A stretch of DNA of 64,000 bases from an uncultured Gemmatimonadales bacterium (GTDB lineage: Bacteria; Gemmatimonadota; Gemmatimonadetes; Longimicrobiales; RSA9): NCBI GenBank assembly GCA_963708135.1, contig OY970192.1, positions 1,536,001-1,600,000 on the forward strand, written 5' to 3'. Position numbers and translations under genes: made by a program. Under the pieces are notes generated by a model. It saw only the letters and a program-made list of their open reading frames with translations, was not told the DNA's origin and did not search any database. Below are positions 61,509 through 64,000 of the stretch, piece after piece; within the stretch, counting starts at the first letter, position 1, and every line of letters begins with the position of its first letter.

Positions 61509-61662
61509 GGGCCCGCAGAGGCGCGAAAAGGCAGTGCCGGGAGGGTGCTCACGACCGTGGCGGAAGCGGCGCGGAAGCCGAGCGGTCGAGGGGGCCGAGG
61601 CGGGCGTTTGGTCGCCGAGACCGCCGCCGGCACGAGAGACTCCGAGCGCCTCGCGGCAGCCC
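61509..61662. ncRNA. Candidate structured RNA (long rod with a central bubble)
   Basis: Nested complementary segments across the whole intergenic region (see findings); family not recognised. Confidence 0.3.
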
Positions 61663-62289
61663 TCAGGCGGCGAAGGCGGCGAGCGAATGGGCGAGGGCCC
61701 GGAAGGCACGGGCGCGGTGGCTCATGCGCCGCTTCACGGCCGGGTCGAGCTCCCCGAAGGTGCGGCCGAGCTCCGGGATCTCGAAGAGCGGGTCGTAGCC
61801 GAAGCCGCCGCTGCCGCGACGCTCGGGCGCGATGCGGCCGGGGCAGGTGCCGAGGGCGACGAGGGGAGGCGCGCCGGAGAGGAGTGCGGCGGCAGCGCAG
61901 ACGTAGCGGGCGCCGCGCCGTGGGTCGGGAAGGCCGTCGAGGCGCTCGAGGAGGAGGTCGTTGTTGGCCTCATCGAGCTCGCGGCCGTGGAGGTCCTCGC
62001 GGCCGGAGAAGCGTTTGGTGCGGACGCCGGGGCCGCCGCCGAGGGCATCCACCTCGAGGCCGGAATCGTCCGCGAGGGCGGGCATGCCGGCGCGCTCGGC
62101 GAAGAAGCGGGCCTTGGCGAGGGCATTGGCCCGGAAGGTGTCGAACAGCTCGACGGCCTCCTCTTCCGGCATGGGCGAGAGGCCGACCTCCTCAGGAGTG
62201 AGGAGGCGGATGTCCGCGCCGGCGAGGATGTCGCGGATCTCGCGGGCCTTGTGGGGGCTGCGGGTGGCGAGGAGGAGGCGGGCGCTCAT
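61663..62289 (-). CDS. rdgB: Non-canonical purine NTP pyrophosphatase (dITP/XTP)
   Basis: NALAKA, ADDSGL, PGV, GFGYDPLF, SHRARA. Confidence 0.95.
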   Translation of the reverse strand: MSARLLLATRSPHKAREIRDILAGADIRLLTPEEVGLSPMPEEEAVELFDTFRANALAKARFFAERAGMPALADDSGLEVDALGGGPGVRTKRFSGREDLHGRELDEANNDLLLERLDGLPDPRRGARYVCAAAALLSGAPPLVALGTCPGRIAPERRGSGGFGYDPLFEIPELGRTFGELDPAVKRRMSHRARAFRALAHSLAAFAA

Positions 62290-62329
62290 CGTGGGAGCAG
62301 CCCGCGGGCCACGGGGGTGGCGCGGCGGC

Positions 62330-63045
<716 letters not shown>

Positions 63046-63049
<4 letters not shown>

Positions 63050-63555
63050 GAGGGGTCCTCCAGGATGCGGTGCATGAGGGCGGTGGTCGAGCGTCCCTCG
63101 AGATAGGGGAGCAGCACGAGCCGCCCGCCGGCGGCCTCGACCTCCTCGCGTCCGACGACCTCGTCGGGCGCGTAATCACCGCCCTTGACGAGGATGTCCG
63201 GGAGGAGGTCGGCGATGAGCCCCCGCGGCGTGTCCTCCTCGAAGAGGGTGACGGCATCCACGGCAGCGAGCGCGGCGAGCACGACGGCCCGGTCTTCGGC
63301 GGGGACCAGCGGCCTGCCGGGTCCCTTGAGCCGGCGCACGGAGGCATCGGTGTTGACGCCGACGACGAGAGCGTCACCGAGGGCGCGGGCGGCGTGGAGA
63401 TACGCGACGTGGCCGCGGTGCAGAAGGTCGAAGCAGCCGTTGGTGAAGACGAGCGTCCCCCGGCGCGGGCGGCCCCAGCGCTCGAGCAGCGCGGCGCGGG
63501 AGAGGAGCTTCGATTCCGGTGGGACGGGTGCTCCGCCGGGGGACCCGGTGCTCAC
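63046..63555 (-). CDS. rfaE2: D-glycero-beta-D-manno-heptose 1-phosphate adenylyltransferase (stand-alone HldE C-domain)
   Basis: [36 protein letters not shown]. Confidence 0.92.
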
Positions 63556-64000
63556 GGGGCCGGGTGCGCGGGGAGCGCGCCGTCCCGGGCCGCGGCGCGC
63601 ACGACGGCGAGGATGGCGTCGGCGCCGCGCTCGAGGAGCCGTGCGGCGAGCGCGACGCCCAGGGCGTCGGCGTCGGCCGGCTGCCCGGCGATGCTGCCGC
63701 GCAGGAGCTCCGTGCCGTCGAGGGAGGCGACGAAAGCGTCGAGGGCGAGGCGGTCGCCGTCGATGCGGGCGAGGGCGCCGATCGGGACCTGGCACCCTCC
63801 CTCGAGGCTGCGCAGGAGCGCGCGCTCGGCCGTGGTGGCGGCGCGGGTCTCGGGGTGCTCGAGGCCGGCGACGAGGGCGGCGGTGGCATCGTCGCCTGCG
63901 CGGATGGCGACCCCGAGGGCGCCCTGCCCCACCGCGGGCAGCCAGCGCGGCGGGGAGAGGCGCTCGGTGACGGCGTCCTCGAGGCCGAGGCGGCGCAGGC
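63552..64000 (-). CDS. hemC: Hydroxymethylbilane synthase, C-terminal part (5' end outside the window)
   Basis: [28 protein letters not shown] (cofactor Cys), LLERGA..IL. Confidence 0.93.
   Translation of the reverse strand, partial: LRRLGLEDAVTERLSPPRWLPAVGQGALGVAIRAGDDATAALVAGLEHPETRAATTAERALLRSLEGGCQVPIGALARIDGDRLALDAFVASLDGTELLRGSIAGQPADADALGVALAARLLERGADAILAVVRAAARDGALPAHPAP

Overview
High-GC bacterial chromosome segment, almost entirely minus-strand housekeeping genes. Gene order and content (lpxC-fabZ fusion, mcsA-mcsB-clpC-bamA-skp-lpx operon, bshC, PorV-like barrel) suggest Gemmatimonadota; this is an inference to be confirmed with the 16S. Read in transcription direction (right to left): hemC (partial)-rfaE2-rph-rdgB; tRNA-Pro/Arg/His/Lys; a complete 16S-23S-5S operon with a tRNA-free spacer; era-trm112-like-porV-like-hypothetical-rnr-GGDEF-Zn-ribbon; prfB (programmed +1 frameshift)-lysS-lolC/E-lolD-mcsA-mcsB-clpC-bamA-skp-lpxD-lpxC/fabZ-lpxA-gnnA-like-(unannotated 42-aa membrane peptide)-lpxB-DUF374-lpxK; gdh-rlmH-bshC; murJ-uvrC; larC-TPR; DUF512 radical SAM-der-plsY-gpsA-merR-surE-pcm-dedA-TonB receptor-apt. 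The left 7 kb looks accessory. Next to tRNA-Arg(CCT) lies a large ATPase-LuxR regulator followed by a SnoaL-TusA fusion, a DsrE-family protein and a Cys/His/Met lipoprotein, a candidate uncharacterised sulfur-relay or thiol module. No transposase, integrase, prophage or CRISPR array was seen. Best leads: that sulfur module, the hidden peptide coupled to lpxB, a cyclase plus Zn-ribbon pair, the arginine-kinase/ClpC module coupled to bamA, and a 154-nt rod-shaped structure between rdgB and the tRNA promoter. All calls come from motif reading by eye, with no database searches.
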